Source: Eledone cirrhosa
Taxonomy: Eukaryota
Direction: 5' to 3'
NCBI GenBank assembly: GCA_964016885.1
Contig: CAXHJY010001072.1
Coordinates: forward strand, 1-64,000
Length of the DNA: 64,000 bases
The stretch's first letter is position 1, and the number at the start of each line of letters is the position of its first letter. Under the pieces are notes generated by a model. It was not told where the DNA came from, ran no database searches, and was given only the letters and a program-made list of their open reading frames with translations. Positions 1 through 12,154 of the stretch are shown here, one piece after another. The translations under genes and the position numbers were made by a program.

Positions 1-234
1 ACGCCATTTTTTTTGTTCAGTCTGTCTATATATTTATTTATTTATTTATTTGCTTGTTTGTTTATCTTATTTTATTTTGTCTTCTTTGCGCATGCGTTTG
101 CGTGTGTGTATAGTGTTATGTGTGATGTGTGACTAGTGTGTATAGTGTTGTGTCTGCTGGGTGACTAGTGTGTGTTTATGTGCTTGTGTATGTATTTATT
201 TATCTTATTTTATTTAATTAATTTACTTATTTAT

Positions 235-3064
235 TTATACTTCTCTTAGGTCAGTGTTGTTTGTTTGGGTGTTGTTGTTGTTCCACTCATTCTTTCTGTT
301 TAGCTTTGGTCTTCTAATTTCTATTTCACTGGCCTCTCTGATTTGCCTATCTGCTGGGTCATTCCTATGTTTAGATATTATTCTAATTTCTATGTTGTCT
401 ATGTTACCGTCATGATGTTGTCTAGCATGTTCGTATAGTACTGACCCGTTTTTTCGTCCTTTTAGTTCCCCCCAGTGTTGGTCTATCCTTTCACCTATGC
501 TACGAGCTGTCTCACCTATGTATGTTGTTGTCGTGTTTCTGCAAGTACCCTCTGTACATCTTATGCTATAGACTACGTTTCTAGTTTTACAGTTTATCCG
601 GGGGTTCACCTTACATATGATACATTTCCTATTGGTACAGTGGGTTTTCTTAAAAGGGTAGGTTTTGCTGATCAGGGATTTTATGGTGGTTCCTGGCTTT
701 TCTACCACCTTTATTTTTAAGTGGGTCTTTCTCAGGGCCTTTCTACACTGGTTAGCTAATTTCCCTCCAGGGGTGGCGTCCACAAACATGACACTCTGAT
801 ATCTCTGGTTGTCGTACCATGATGTGGCCTTCCCTATCTTATGTCTAGCCCTATCTAAGCTATTCCATGATTTGCTCCTGTATAGTGGGCAAATTCCTTT
901 CATGTCCAGTTCTATGAGGGTCTTATACTTTTCCATGGCTCCTTCGTATACTCTGACTCTGTCTCTTTGGTTGTAGCCAGAGAACTGCATGCGGTTGATG
1001 AAGTGTTGGATGTGTCCTTCCATTTCTGTTGGGTCGCACATGCTGGACACATTCTTCATCACTCGTACCAAATCTGCGATCAGAATATTAAACTTAGCAC
1101 TACTGGACATTGCTGAGTTTTTGAGTATCAGGTATTTGGAGGCCATGGGTTTAGCATAGTGTGAGTGGAGAATTTGGGCTCTCTCGTCTATAGTGTTAAT
1201 CCAGAGTTCTGTGTCTAATACAGGTAGTCTATTGTTAGGGTGTTTGGAAGGGAAGTCTATAGTTACAGTTATACTCTGGTGTATGGAATTAGCTATCTGC
1301 TGGATGCTTTCCATCGTGCTACGTTCTAAATCAAACTTGTTAGTGCTCTCTAGTGGGGGTGTTCTTATAACTATATTGATATCGTCTACATAACGAGAGT
1401 ACATGATGAGGTCTATGGAGCTTTCATTAAGGAGATCTTTAAGTCTCCTTTCCCACCATACCATGAAAAGGTTGGCAACATCGCCAGCTATGCTGACGCC
1501 GATGGCTGCTCCCTCATTTTGGGTGTAGATTTTCTCATTGAACTTAAATATGTGGCCCTTTAGGGTAGTTTTGATACTAGCCCCTATTGCATGTGCGACC
1601 ATTTTTCTTACCTGATCAGTGTTTTGGGGGGTCCGTATAGCTTTGGTCCACCCAATCCACCTTCCTATGGGAGTCTTTTTAGCCATTGAGGTTATGGTGG
1701 GGGGTCTACCTCTTATAGGTCTACTAGGGCAGAAACATCTAAGGTCATGGCTGTCTAGGTAGTCAGTGTCGTAGGTAAGTCTAAGTAGGAGGCCCAGTTC
1801 GTCTGTGTCGACGTCGCAGAACTCCACCTCACTCTCAATGATCATCTCCACACATCTTTTCACAGCAAAATCAATGTTAATGGATGGGTACAGTGACACC
1901 ACATCCATGCTGCCTATTATGCAGTTGGATAGGCTCCTGTTTTTGTTGCACTCACTGATTCTGCTGAGGAGGTCCTCTGTACTTTCACATACATCTGGGG
2001 ACATCTTGATTATGGGGCGTATAACCATTGAGAGGAAGTAGGAGATCCTGTAGTTGCTAGCTATATTAGCTCCGCATACAGGTCTTGTTGGTGGTCCTAT
2101 TGTCGGGTCGTCGACTGTCTTGTGGTCTTTGCGGAGCCCATACAAGGGTGGTATGCCATTGTTAGATGCCTGGAAGTTGTTGGCAGTGCGTCTGCTTGGC
2201 TTTAGGATGTCAGTCCACATCATCATGTGAGCGTTGAGGATTTTTTCTCTCCCATCGTGTGTTAGTTGTGCAACTTCGCTCGTGTTGGTGATGTGGGGTT
2301 GCATTGCCTCGATGTAGTTCGGCATGCTATCTATTGACATCCTACCAGACTTATCTGTGGGTAGACATACTACCTCACCATCCCTTGTGCGCTGCTTGAG
2401 GCTAACCAAGCCTTCTACAGGTTTTATCCCAAGTTGTTGGGCCTCTGGTCTGCTCTGTCTCATAGTGTACCTGTCTACTACTTGTCTAATCTTATTTCTA
2501 GCTATGGTGAACTGTGCCTCCGTCTCGTCATCTATTTGTTGTGGTATGCAAACTCTTTTATTAAAGGGTAACCTCGTAGGATAGATATTACCCATCTTAT
2601 ATGTTTTGTCAGCTGGGTTGAAAAATAGTTTCTCTAAGGGGTTGTCGTTATTTCTATCGTCATAGTTGTGTGTGTTGCTATTATTGTTATCATGGTGGTT
2701 GTTGTTGTTTCTATCCTTAGCATTAATATTATTATTGTTATGATTGCTAGATGTATTGTTGTTTACTTCACCGTTATTGTTGTTGTTGTTACTGCTATTT
2801 CTACCATTGTGGTTGTTACTATTATTATGTTTCTTGTTTTTGTTGATGTTGCTACATGTACTATTTCCATTATTACCACTGTGGTTATTGTTGTTGTTGT
2901 TGTTCGTATTGTTACCGTTATTACTACTGTGGTCACTGTTGCTGTGTCTGTGGTTAACGTTTCTATTATTATTATTATTGTGGTTGTTGTTGTTCTGTCT
3001 ATCGCTAGTATTATTACCATTATCACTATTTCTCACTTTCCTGCCATTGTTATGGTTATGGCTG

Positions 3065-3070
<6 letters not shown>
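235..3070 (-). CDS. Penelope-like reverse transcriptase with C-terminal GIY-YIG endonuclease and an Asn-rich low-complexity N-terminus
   Basis: Motifs include TDKSG, LYGLRKDHK, RPVCG, SMDVVSLYPSI, QNEGAAIG, YSRYVDD, LPVLD, a Cys-rich linker (CxxxxCxxC...C), VVYSIRC...YIGETAR and RQIREA. The ORF is open throughout. The supplied start at 3138 reads through a TA repeat, so the true start is uncertain. Confidence 0.9.
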
Positions 3071-3103
<33 letters not shown>

Positions 3104-3196
3104 CAGAAGGGATATTCAATTTGTTGGTATTTCAACAAATATAAATGTTTATAACTAATTCACAGCACTCGACAAGTTTTCAGGAGTATAATATTC

Positions 3197-3332
3197 AATG
3201 ATATTAAATAAATGGAAACTCTATTTATAAAACAATATTTATTCTATTTTTATTATATATATACCCTTGAAATATATATAATAGAATAAAATATGGTTTT
3301 ATAAATAGAGTTTCCATTTATTTAATATCATT
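3197..3332. repeat. Fold-back (inverted repeat) fragment related to the Naiad pLTR family, containing the 3' half of its hammerhead
   Basis: atgatattaaataaatggaaactctatttataaaac is mirrored by gttttataaatagagtttccatttatttaatatcat. The region resembles 44930-45080 and includes cccttGAAAtatataTAatagaata. Confidence 0.7.
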
Positions 3333-3577
3333 CTATATATGTATATATATATTATATATATATATGTTGTTTATACTTGGGGGGGGGGGGGGGTCATATT
3401 TGCGTAATATTGCCAGAATTAATAACAGAACACACTCACTGTTTGGTTGGTTTTCGCTTCTCGCTGTCTTTTATATCTGCGATCTAACTTAATCGGTCCT
3501 CAATGTTGCCATTGACTGACCGACGGTCAAAAATAATACAGATACAATATAGACACAAACACATATATATATAGTTT

Positions 3578-3628
3578 ACATAATTTACATAAATCTTTCG
3601 TTGCACATCTGCAACATCGTCAGTGGTG
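3578..3628 (-). ncRNA. Minimal type I hammerhead ribozyme in the pLTR of Penelope element A
   Basis: Minus strand reads acca-CUGACGA-U-GUUGCA-gaug-UGCAAC-GAAA-gauu-UA-ugu. Core and stem II are clear; stem I is weak. Confidence 0.7.
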
Positions 3629-4140
3629 TTATATTCTTTGTTCCTCCTGTTGTATTGTATGTCTACGCCATTTTTTATTCAGTCTGTCTATATATTTATT
3701 TATTTATTTGCTTGTTTGTTTATCTTATTTTATTTTGTCTTCTTTGCGCATGCGTTTGCGTGTGTGTATAGTGTTATGTGTGCTGTGTGACTAGTGTGTA
3801 TAGTGTTGTGTTTGCTGGGTGACTTGTGTGTGTTTATGTGCTTGTTGTTATTGTGCTTGTGTATGTATTTATTTATCTTATTTTATTTTATTTTATTTAC
3901 TTATTTATACTTCTCTTAGGTCAGTGTTGTTTGTTTGGGTGTTGTTGTTGTTCCACTCATTCTTTCTGTTTAGCTTTGGTCTTCTAATTTCTATTTCACT
4001 GGCCTCTCTGATTTGCCTATCTGCTGGGTCATTCCTATGTTTAGATATTATTCTAACTTCTATGTTGTCTATGTTACCGTCATGTTGTTGTCTAGCATGT
4101 TCGTATAGTACTGACCCGTTTTTTCGTATATATATATATA

Positions 4141-4209
<69 letters not shown>

Positions 4210-4329
4210 ATATAACGAAGGAGTTGTGGTAAGGAAGCAGATGGACCATACATTTACCACTATATTCAGCGTGATTCTATTATATATCTTCATTGATCTT
4301 CAACGTCAGTGGTGATTTTTTCGTCTACT

Positions 4330-4418
<89 letters not shown>

Positions 4419-4452
4419 TATGACTAACCTCTCACTCCTTCTGGGAGTCCCC

Positions 4453-4490
4453 CCTCTCCTGATAAAGAGATTATGCCCGAAACGTCGCAA
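4453..4490 (+). ncRNA. Degenerate hammerhead remnant (pLTR relic)
   Basis: CUGAUAA-agagauuaugccc-GAAA-cg-UC. Core G8 is mutated and stem II is imperfect. The surrounding sequence loosely resembles 59390-59517(-). Confidence 0.4.
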
Positions 4491-4686
4491 TAACTCACTC
4501 CACTCTCACCAAGCGTGAAACTAATAATATTTGTAACACTTACTCCTGCGTTTCTCTTTTTTATTTGCTGTTATTCCGAATTATATAAATGTGAGAAAAA
4601 CCACAAACCCTCCATCTGCGAAACCGGTAAAGGAACCAAATATATATTTAAAAAAAAAAGACTCCAGTTGCATTTTCATCTATTTT

Positions 4687-4717
<31 letters not shown>

Positions 4718-4920
4718 GATATATGTGTGTGTGTGTGAGTACATATATATGTGTGTGTGTACATGTATGTGTGTGTCTTAGCAAATTGGGACGTGTTTTG
4801 TCTATATAAACATGTATATATATATGTGTGTGTGTACATATATGTGTGTGAACGTGTATGTGTATGTCTTAGCAAATTGGGTTATAAATAAATACGTGTA
4901 TTTGTCTATATAAACATGTG

Positions 4921-5015
<95 letters not shown>

Positions 5016-5061
5016 AATGAATAATAACAGGTAGACATCAAAAAAGGTAATTTGTTCCGTG

Positions 5062-5173
5062 TGCTTACAAATGTTTCCACGGTGGTACTACAGCCTAGTT
5101 ATGCTATGTGCAAATTTACAAGTATTTGCAGAACTCAAATATCCAATGCTGTGACCACAGTATCCTCAGAGCA
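5062..5173 (-). ncRNA. Type I hammerhead ribozyme with an extended stem II
   Basis: Minus strand reads UGCU-CUGAGGA-UACUGUGGU-c-ACAGC...GCUGU-agu-ACCACCGUG-GAAA-cauuug-UA-AGCA. Stems I, II and III all pair. Confidence 0.75.
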
Positions 5174-5645
5174 GAATGGTAAAATGTACAATGTAAATAC
5201 CCTTAAGTGGGGTTGTTGGGGAAGATAGATTAGAAAAGGAAGGGAGAAAAGTAGGGGAGAGGGAGAGAGAGAGGGAAAGATATGCAGGGGTTGGAGAAGT
5301 AGGAGAGAGTGGTTTGTAGATATCTTAATCAAAATGCTATGGTAGGGGTTTTATTATACCTAATATATATATATATATATATATATTTGAATATGGTTTA
5401 TCGTGAATATATGTGGTTATATATGAGTTTACAATGGTGTAGAGATTAGTTATACGTCAGTAATTCCTCAAAACACCCAGCTTATATACTAATTAGACAA
5501 ATTACATAATTATCAAGTCGGAATCAGAACAACGCCTACGAAATAATGACTATCAATTATAGATGACTGCACCATCTTCTGCCAACTGAGATATTGCACA
5601 GGAGACGTTTAGTAGTCGACTCTTGCAGAGGTACTTACATACGTA

Positions 5646-5651
5646 GACACG

Positions 5652-5686
<35 letters not shown>

Positions 5687-7367
5687 GCATATATATATAT
5701 GCATATATATATACATAAATATATGCATATATATATGCATATATATATACATAAATATATGCATATATATATATATACATATATATGCATATATATATAC
5801 ATATATATATATGCATATATATATGCATATATATATATACATATATATATACATATATATATATGCATATATATATGCATATGTAAATATATATATATAC
5901 ATATATATTTGTATATATATATATATACATATATATATACATATATATATACACATATATATATACATATATATATATACATATACATATATATATATAT
6001 ACATATATATATATACATATATATATATGCATATATATATATATACATATATATACATATATATATATGCATATATATATATACATATATATACATATAT
6101 ATATATATACATATATATATATACATATATATACATATATATATATATACATATATATACTTATATATATACATATATATATGGTGGCTGCCAACTCGTT
6201 TTCGAGTACGGCCACTACTTTATATCCATGTAGGAGAACCCCTACCGATGCGCTGAACGAGTGTGACTTTTTAGTCCAGCCAGCGACTTGAAAACTCTGG
6301 TACAAACACTACACTTGTGACAATTATCGACACATAGTGCTTTGCCCTTGGTACCATGTGACGACAAGTGCAGAGAGATCTCCAGATATAAAGCAATGCC
6401 TGTGCCGGGAAGCTTTTATAGTGAGCAAAGGCACTGCACAAAGCCAGTCCCACTCTCTTAACCAAGATGATATTTACCAAAAAGAAGAACAAGTCAACAT
6501 CATTGGATACCACGAGGGTTGCAGGTGTTATATCAGAGTTTTCCTTCTCCTAGAATTCTGCCTTGACAAAGGCTAAGAGGTCATCTCTCCCAGTGATTTT
6601 GGATGGCCATTGACTCTTAAGAGCTCCTTTGCCCTTTGCCAGGTTTTGTTTTTAGTCCTGCAGGATGTTCAAAGTCACTCTCCTCACCAAGAAACCTTGG
6701 TGGGGTTGCCAGTTTAGTCGCCAACGACCCGACCATGAGAGAGGTTGTACTGGGATATATGTTACCAGTAGCACCAAGTGGTGACCTGACATAATACATA
6801 TATATATATACAATTATATATACACACATATATATATATATGCATATATATATACATATATATATATATATAAATATGCATATATATATATATATGCATA
6901 TATATATATAATATATATATATATAATACATATATATATATATATATATATATGCATATATATATATATATGCATATATATATATATAATATATATATAT
7001 ATATTATACATATATATATATATATATATGCATATATATATATATATATGCATATATATATATATATATGCAAATATAATATATATATATATATTGCATA
7101 TATATATATACATAATATATACATATGCATATATATATATACATATATATACATATGCATATATATATACATATATATATATGCATATATATATATATAT
7201 ATATATACATCTATATATATACACATATATATATATATGCATATATATATACATATATATGCATATATATATATATATACATATACATCTATATATATAC
7301 ACATATATATATATATGCATATATATATATATGCATATATATATATATATGCATATATATATATATA
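5646..7367. repeat. Compound (TA)n/(TACA/TGCA) microsatellite tracts flanking a unique ~0.6 kb insert at 6182-6790
   Basis: Directly visible. The insert has no clear ORF and may be a retroelement 5' region (unsupported). Confidence 0.9.
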
Positions 7368-10230
7368 CGACTAGGAGAGAACTCATGGTGGGGTTGCTCT
7401 GTATATCCGTGAAGATGTCACACCAATTGTACTGTTGACACATTCAAACTCAGTTTGTGACACACTGATAATACATATGAAGCAACTACAGACAGTAATA
7501 TGTGTCACATATCGGCCGCCCGATGCCCCCAGTCATGAGGGTAAATTTGAGGATAGCCTAAGTAGGATAGAAGAGGTCCTTGACAAACTGGACCAGGGTC
7601 TCAACATCCTACTGCTGGGAGACTTCAACCTACCAAAGGTCAAATGGCCTGAGGGCCACCTCCTCCCTGGAATGACGTCAATAGAACAGAGACAGACGGA
7701 ATCCCTGCTGGCCCTCACACACAGGCTGTTCATGGAGCAAGCAATACTCCTCCCAACAAGAGGCGAAAATGTCCTGGACCTCTGTTTTACAAACAACGAA
7801 GTGCTCATCCACAATGTAAAGGTGACACCAACAATTCTCTCGGATCATAACTTAGTAGAGCTAATGATATGTGGTCCAAGAGAACCAACAGAGACAAAAC
7901 CACCAAGAAGCTCCGGGTCGCTATCCAGCCTTAACTTCTGCAAGGCTAACTGGAAAAAGATTAAGAGTGAAATCCGGAAGCAAACATGGAGTGAAAACAC
8001 CGCCACACAAGACACTAACACACAATTTCAACACTTCATGGCAACGATACACACTATATGCAAAAAGTGTATCCCGGAGAAAGAGGCAAACAGACACAAA
8101 AATCTTATTCCCAGAGATAGGAAAATCCTTATGAGACGTAGAACTAAACTCTCAAACCAGTTGAATAGTCAACAAAACAAAAACAAGAAGGAATTCTATT
8201 TGAAACGTGCACTACTTGACACCGAGATTGCACTCAAACTTTCACATGAGAACGAGAGGGCAAAGAAAGAGAACAGGGCCATAGAAAACATTAAAACAGA
8301 CCCTAAGGCCTTCTTTAAATTTGCAAAAGAAACTGCCTCAGTACACTGCAAGATTGGGCCACTCTTCCACACGGACGGTTCATTAACCGAAAACCCTCAA
8401 GAGATATGTGAAATACTGAACGAACAGTACAAAAGTGTCTTCACATGTCCACTGAGGCACATGCAAATAACGAAGCCAGAGGAGTTCTTTGATGCCACAA
8501 CACTACATCAAGAAATGGCAACCATCAACCACATAGACATAACGGAGGAGGATGTGGTGCACGCCATTGATGAAATTAGAACAGACTCGGCTGCTGGACC
8601 TGATGGATTCCCAGCAGTTCTCTTGAAAATATGTAAGCGGGCCTTAGCAACTCCACTGAAGATGCTCTTCAGAAGCTCCTTGGCTAGCGGTGTACTACCC
8701 AGGGAGCTGAAAGAAGGCACAATATGCCCTATCCATAAAGGAGGTAGTAGATCGGAGGCCAAGAACTATAGGCCAGTCTCCCTGACGTCGCATATCAGTA
8801 AGGTCATGGAGCGAGTCGTCAGAAAGAAACTAATCACTTTACTCGAAGAAAATGACCGCCTGACTAGCACGCAACATGGCTTCCGCCAAGGAAGAAGCTG
8901 CCTTACACAGCTGCTACATCACTACGACTGAGTACTGAGACAACTACTAGACAGCTCACATGTAGACGTGATATATCTTGACTTTGCGAAGGCCTTTGAC
9001 AAGGTCGACCACGGAATGATACGTCACAAACTACACAGACTCGGCATAACTGGAAAAGTAGGTGAGTGGCTGCATGGCTTCCTAAGGGACAGAAGCCAGG
9101 CAGTCGCAGCAAATGGGGCCCTCTCGAGGGAAACACCGATAACAAGTGGGGTGTCCCAGGGGACAGTCCTGGGACCACTACTGTTTTTGGTGGCTCTCTC
9201 GGACATGCCCTCTGTGGTGCATGCAACAACATCCCTCACTAGCTATGCTGATGACACTAAGGTAGCACAGGCAATCAAAAACCCGGCTGACGCTGCCCTT
9301 TTACAGCAGGATCTGGATGCCATATACAGATGGGCGGAAGAAAACAACATGCAGTTTAATGCTGGCAAATTCCAAGCCCTACAATACAAACCTGCAAACA
9401 CAAATATAGTGGAACACAGCTACACAGGACCAGGAGGGACCGATATCCCCGTGTCAAAATCGATACGAGACCTGGGCATAGACATGAGCGATGATGCATC
9501 TTTTTCTTCACACATCATGAAAGTGGCGACAATGTGCAGACGACTCGCTGGCTGGATCTTGAGGACTTTCCGGACAATAGATCGAGACACCATGTTGACA
9601 CTGTGGAGGATTTTGTCCTAAGCCGCCTGGACTACTGCTCCCAGTTGTGGTCACCCCATAGTGTCAAACTAACCACGGAGCTTGAGGCAATCCAGCGAAG
9701 CTACACTAAGAGGATTGCCAAGATAAGGGAGACAAGCTACTGGGAGAGGCTAAAGGAACTGAACCTCTACTCCTTGGAGCGAAGATGGGAGAGATACGCA
9801 GTGATCTACATGTGGAAAATTCCTGGAGGGACTAGCACCAAACTTCGGCATTGGGAGCTGGACCAATCGCCGAACAGGACGTCACTGTGTGGTGCCAAAG
9901 GTCCCGTCTTCCACATCTAGAATAAGGAGCAGGTATTGCAATAGCCTGGGATTCAAGGGCCCTCAACTCTTCAACAGGCTGCCGAGGCATCTGAGAGACT
10001 TGCATGACGTGGAGGTGGATGTCTTTAAGAAACATCTCGACGCCTTGTTATCCAGGATCCCGGATGAGCCCACAGCAAGACACGAGGGAAACCTAAGGGC
10101 AGCAGCAACAAACTCCCTCTTACACCAGTGGCCAACCTATACAGGCTGGAGATAAAATGTGTAGCAACAAGGGCGGTGCCCCAGCATGGCCTCAGCCGGC
10201 TGGCTGAAACAGGTAAAAGAGTAAAAGAGT
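7368..10230 (+). mobile_element. CR1-like LINE, 5'-truncated (APE endonuclease + RT ORF2), decayed
   Basis: Motifs include GGVALY, YRPP, GDFNLP, LDLCFT, SDHNL, GPDG, NYRPVSLTS, QHGFR, YLDFAKAFDKVDH, GVSQGTVLGPLLF, YADDTK and LYSLERR. There is a premature TGA at 8929-8931 and frameshifts near 9610 and 9830. The 3' tail is (GTAAAAGA)2. Confidence 0.9.
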
Positions 10231-10319
10231 ATATGCATATATATATATATATATTCATATATATATACATATATATGCATATATATATATATGCATATAT
10301 ATATAGATATATGTATATA

Positions 10320-10580
10320 TAGTGGTGCGATGATAGTGCCAACTACACAAGGGCAGGAGGTCAAAGAAGTATACTAGGGAGGGGGAGGGGGAGGAAGTCG
10401 AAAAATATGTAACACAGTATGGGGTAAATATATAGAAACATTTTTTTAACATTCTCAGTATTTTTCTATATATTTACTCCATATTGTTTTACTTATTGTT
10501 TCGACTTCTTCCCCCTCCCCCTCCCTAGTATACTTCCGTGACCTCCTGCCCTGCTGTAGTTGACACTATCAACGCACGAC
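10320..10580. repeat. ~260-bp imperfect palindrome (fold-back element)
   Basis: gatagtgccaactac...agtatactagggagggggaggggg...gtaaatatatagaaa is mirrored by tttctatatatttac...ccccctccccctccctagtatact...gtagttgacactatc, centred near 10447. Confidence 0.85.
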
Positions 10581-10857
10581 TGGGTTTCCTTCACCCCCTC
10601 ACCCTCTTTCTTCTACTGGCATGTTCAGCTACCCCCTTCCTTCCACAAATTGCCATGATAGAATTATGTGTCTCAACAACAAACTTTTGACCAATCATTG
10701 TGACAATCACTTTTACCATATATGGAATTACCCCCTCAGAAGCCCGGCTATTCATATACCAGGATAAAATTTTCATTTAGTCCAGAATTAGCCGTCGAAA
10801 CGGCTTGAGCTCAGCCGTCGGGGTCCTACTCGTTCCTATATATATATATATATATAT

Positions 10858-12154
10858 AACTTTGAATAACTTTGAATAACTTTGAAATGTTTTGGCCAGT
10901 ATTGGCCCAGGCCATGTCTAACTTAATAGCACCACCTGGCGAAGTCTTTCAATTCAGGATTTGGGCACCATGGCCCATTCGAGAAGAGAATTACTGTTTG
11001 CGGAGACATATCCGGGTGTGGGTGGTTTGTCCGGGATTACTTGGAGGAATTTGTCCAAAGACTTCTTGAATTTTGTGTGGTCAGTTTCTGTTTTGACGTG
11101 TCCTGGTGTGATGTTGAAGAGAGCAGGGCCGATTGAGGTGAAATAATTGTGCCGTATTGTTGTTATGAGTTGCGATTTAGATTTTTGAATGGGACGGATA
11201 GGGTGTATCTTGAAGGCGATGCCAACATCATTTGGGCAGTGATCATGGAACATTTTCCACATCATGCAGATAATATAACGCTCACGGCGACGTTGGAGTG
11301 AGTAAAGTTTCAGGTTTTCTAATCGACCCCAGTAGTCAAGGTCTGACATGCCATCTATCTTTTTCGTGATTGCCGTTTGAGGAGCTTCAAGTTTCATGAT
11401 ACTTTGTTTCGTGTGGGGAGACCACAGTGGACAACAGTATTCAAGGTGTGGTCGGGCAAAAGTAGAGAAGAGAAGGATAATGGTGCGGGAATCTCTCGAC
11501 TGGAAGGTTCTGAGGATCCAGGAACACATTCTGCGGGCCATATCAACTTTGCTGCTTATATGCGTGGTCCAGCTTATGTTGCTATCCACGGTTACTTCCA
11601 AGTCTCTGATGTTGTTAGATGCCACGAGAGTTTCCCCGGAGGGAAGGGAGTACGGGAGTTTCAGAGCATCCTCTTTTCCAAAGTGGATCAGTTCGAATTT
11701 GTCTTCGTTCAGTAACATGTTGTTCTTTTCTGCCCATTGGGTAACAGCCAGTAGGTCTGACTGAAGGCTTATCCGGTCATCCACGCCATTTATGACCTTT
11801 TGGAGCTTGGAATCATCAGCGAAAATTTTAATGTTGCTGTGTTTGATGATGTCAGTGATGTCATTAATATAGATGATGAAGAGAAGTGGGCCCAACACAG
11901 TGCCTTGTGGGACCCCACTACTGACTTTGGCTGGGCTTGATTTGACTCCCTCAACTACAACATGTTGGGTTCTGTTTGACAGGAAGCTCTTGATCCACTG
12001 CAGCAGCTTTCCAGTGACACCAATATTGGACAGCTTTCTCAGTAGAATGTTATGATCAACCCTGTCAAAGGCCTTGCTGAAATCAAGGTAGATAACATCA
12101 GTGTTGGAACCCTCTCCCAAGGCTCTCAAAATGTCATCAAAGTGATGCAGTAGG
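10858..12154 (-). mobile_element. CR1-like LINE 3' portion (RT domain), 5'-truncated, ORF still open
   Basis: Motifs include DVIYLDFSKAFDRVDH, GVPQGTVLGPLLF, FADDSK, LEYCCPLWSP and LYSLQRRRERY. Stop at 10954. The 3' tail is (AAAGTTATTC)n at 10858-10886. Confidence 0.9.

Larger units (their letters stand above)
1..4127 (-). mobile_element. Penelope-like element A (RT + GIY-YIG) with an upstream partial tandem copy of its own 3' end (pseudo-LTR); runs off the left edge of the window
   Basis: ORF 235..3138(-) carries PLE motifs. Bases 1..457 are repeated almost exactly at 3665..4127 (ORF C-terminus plus 3' UTR), the typical pLTR arrangement. Confidence 0.9.

Noticed and set aside
8929-8931. In-frame TGA in the LINE ORF as possible readthrough or Sec
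   Set aside because: The copy also has frameshifts, so an ordinary nonsense mutation (probably TGG to TGA) is the simpler explanation.
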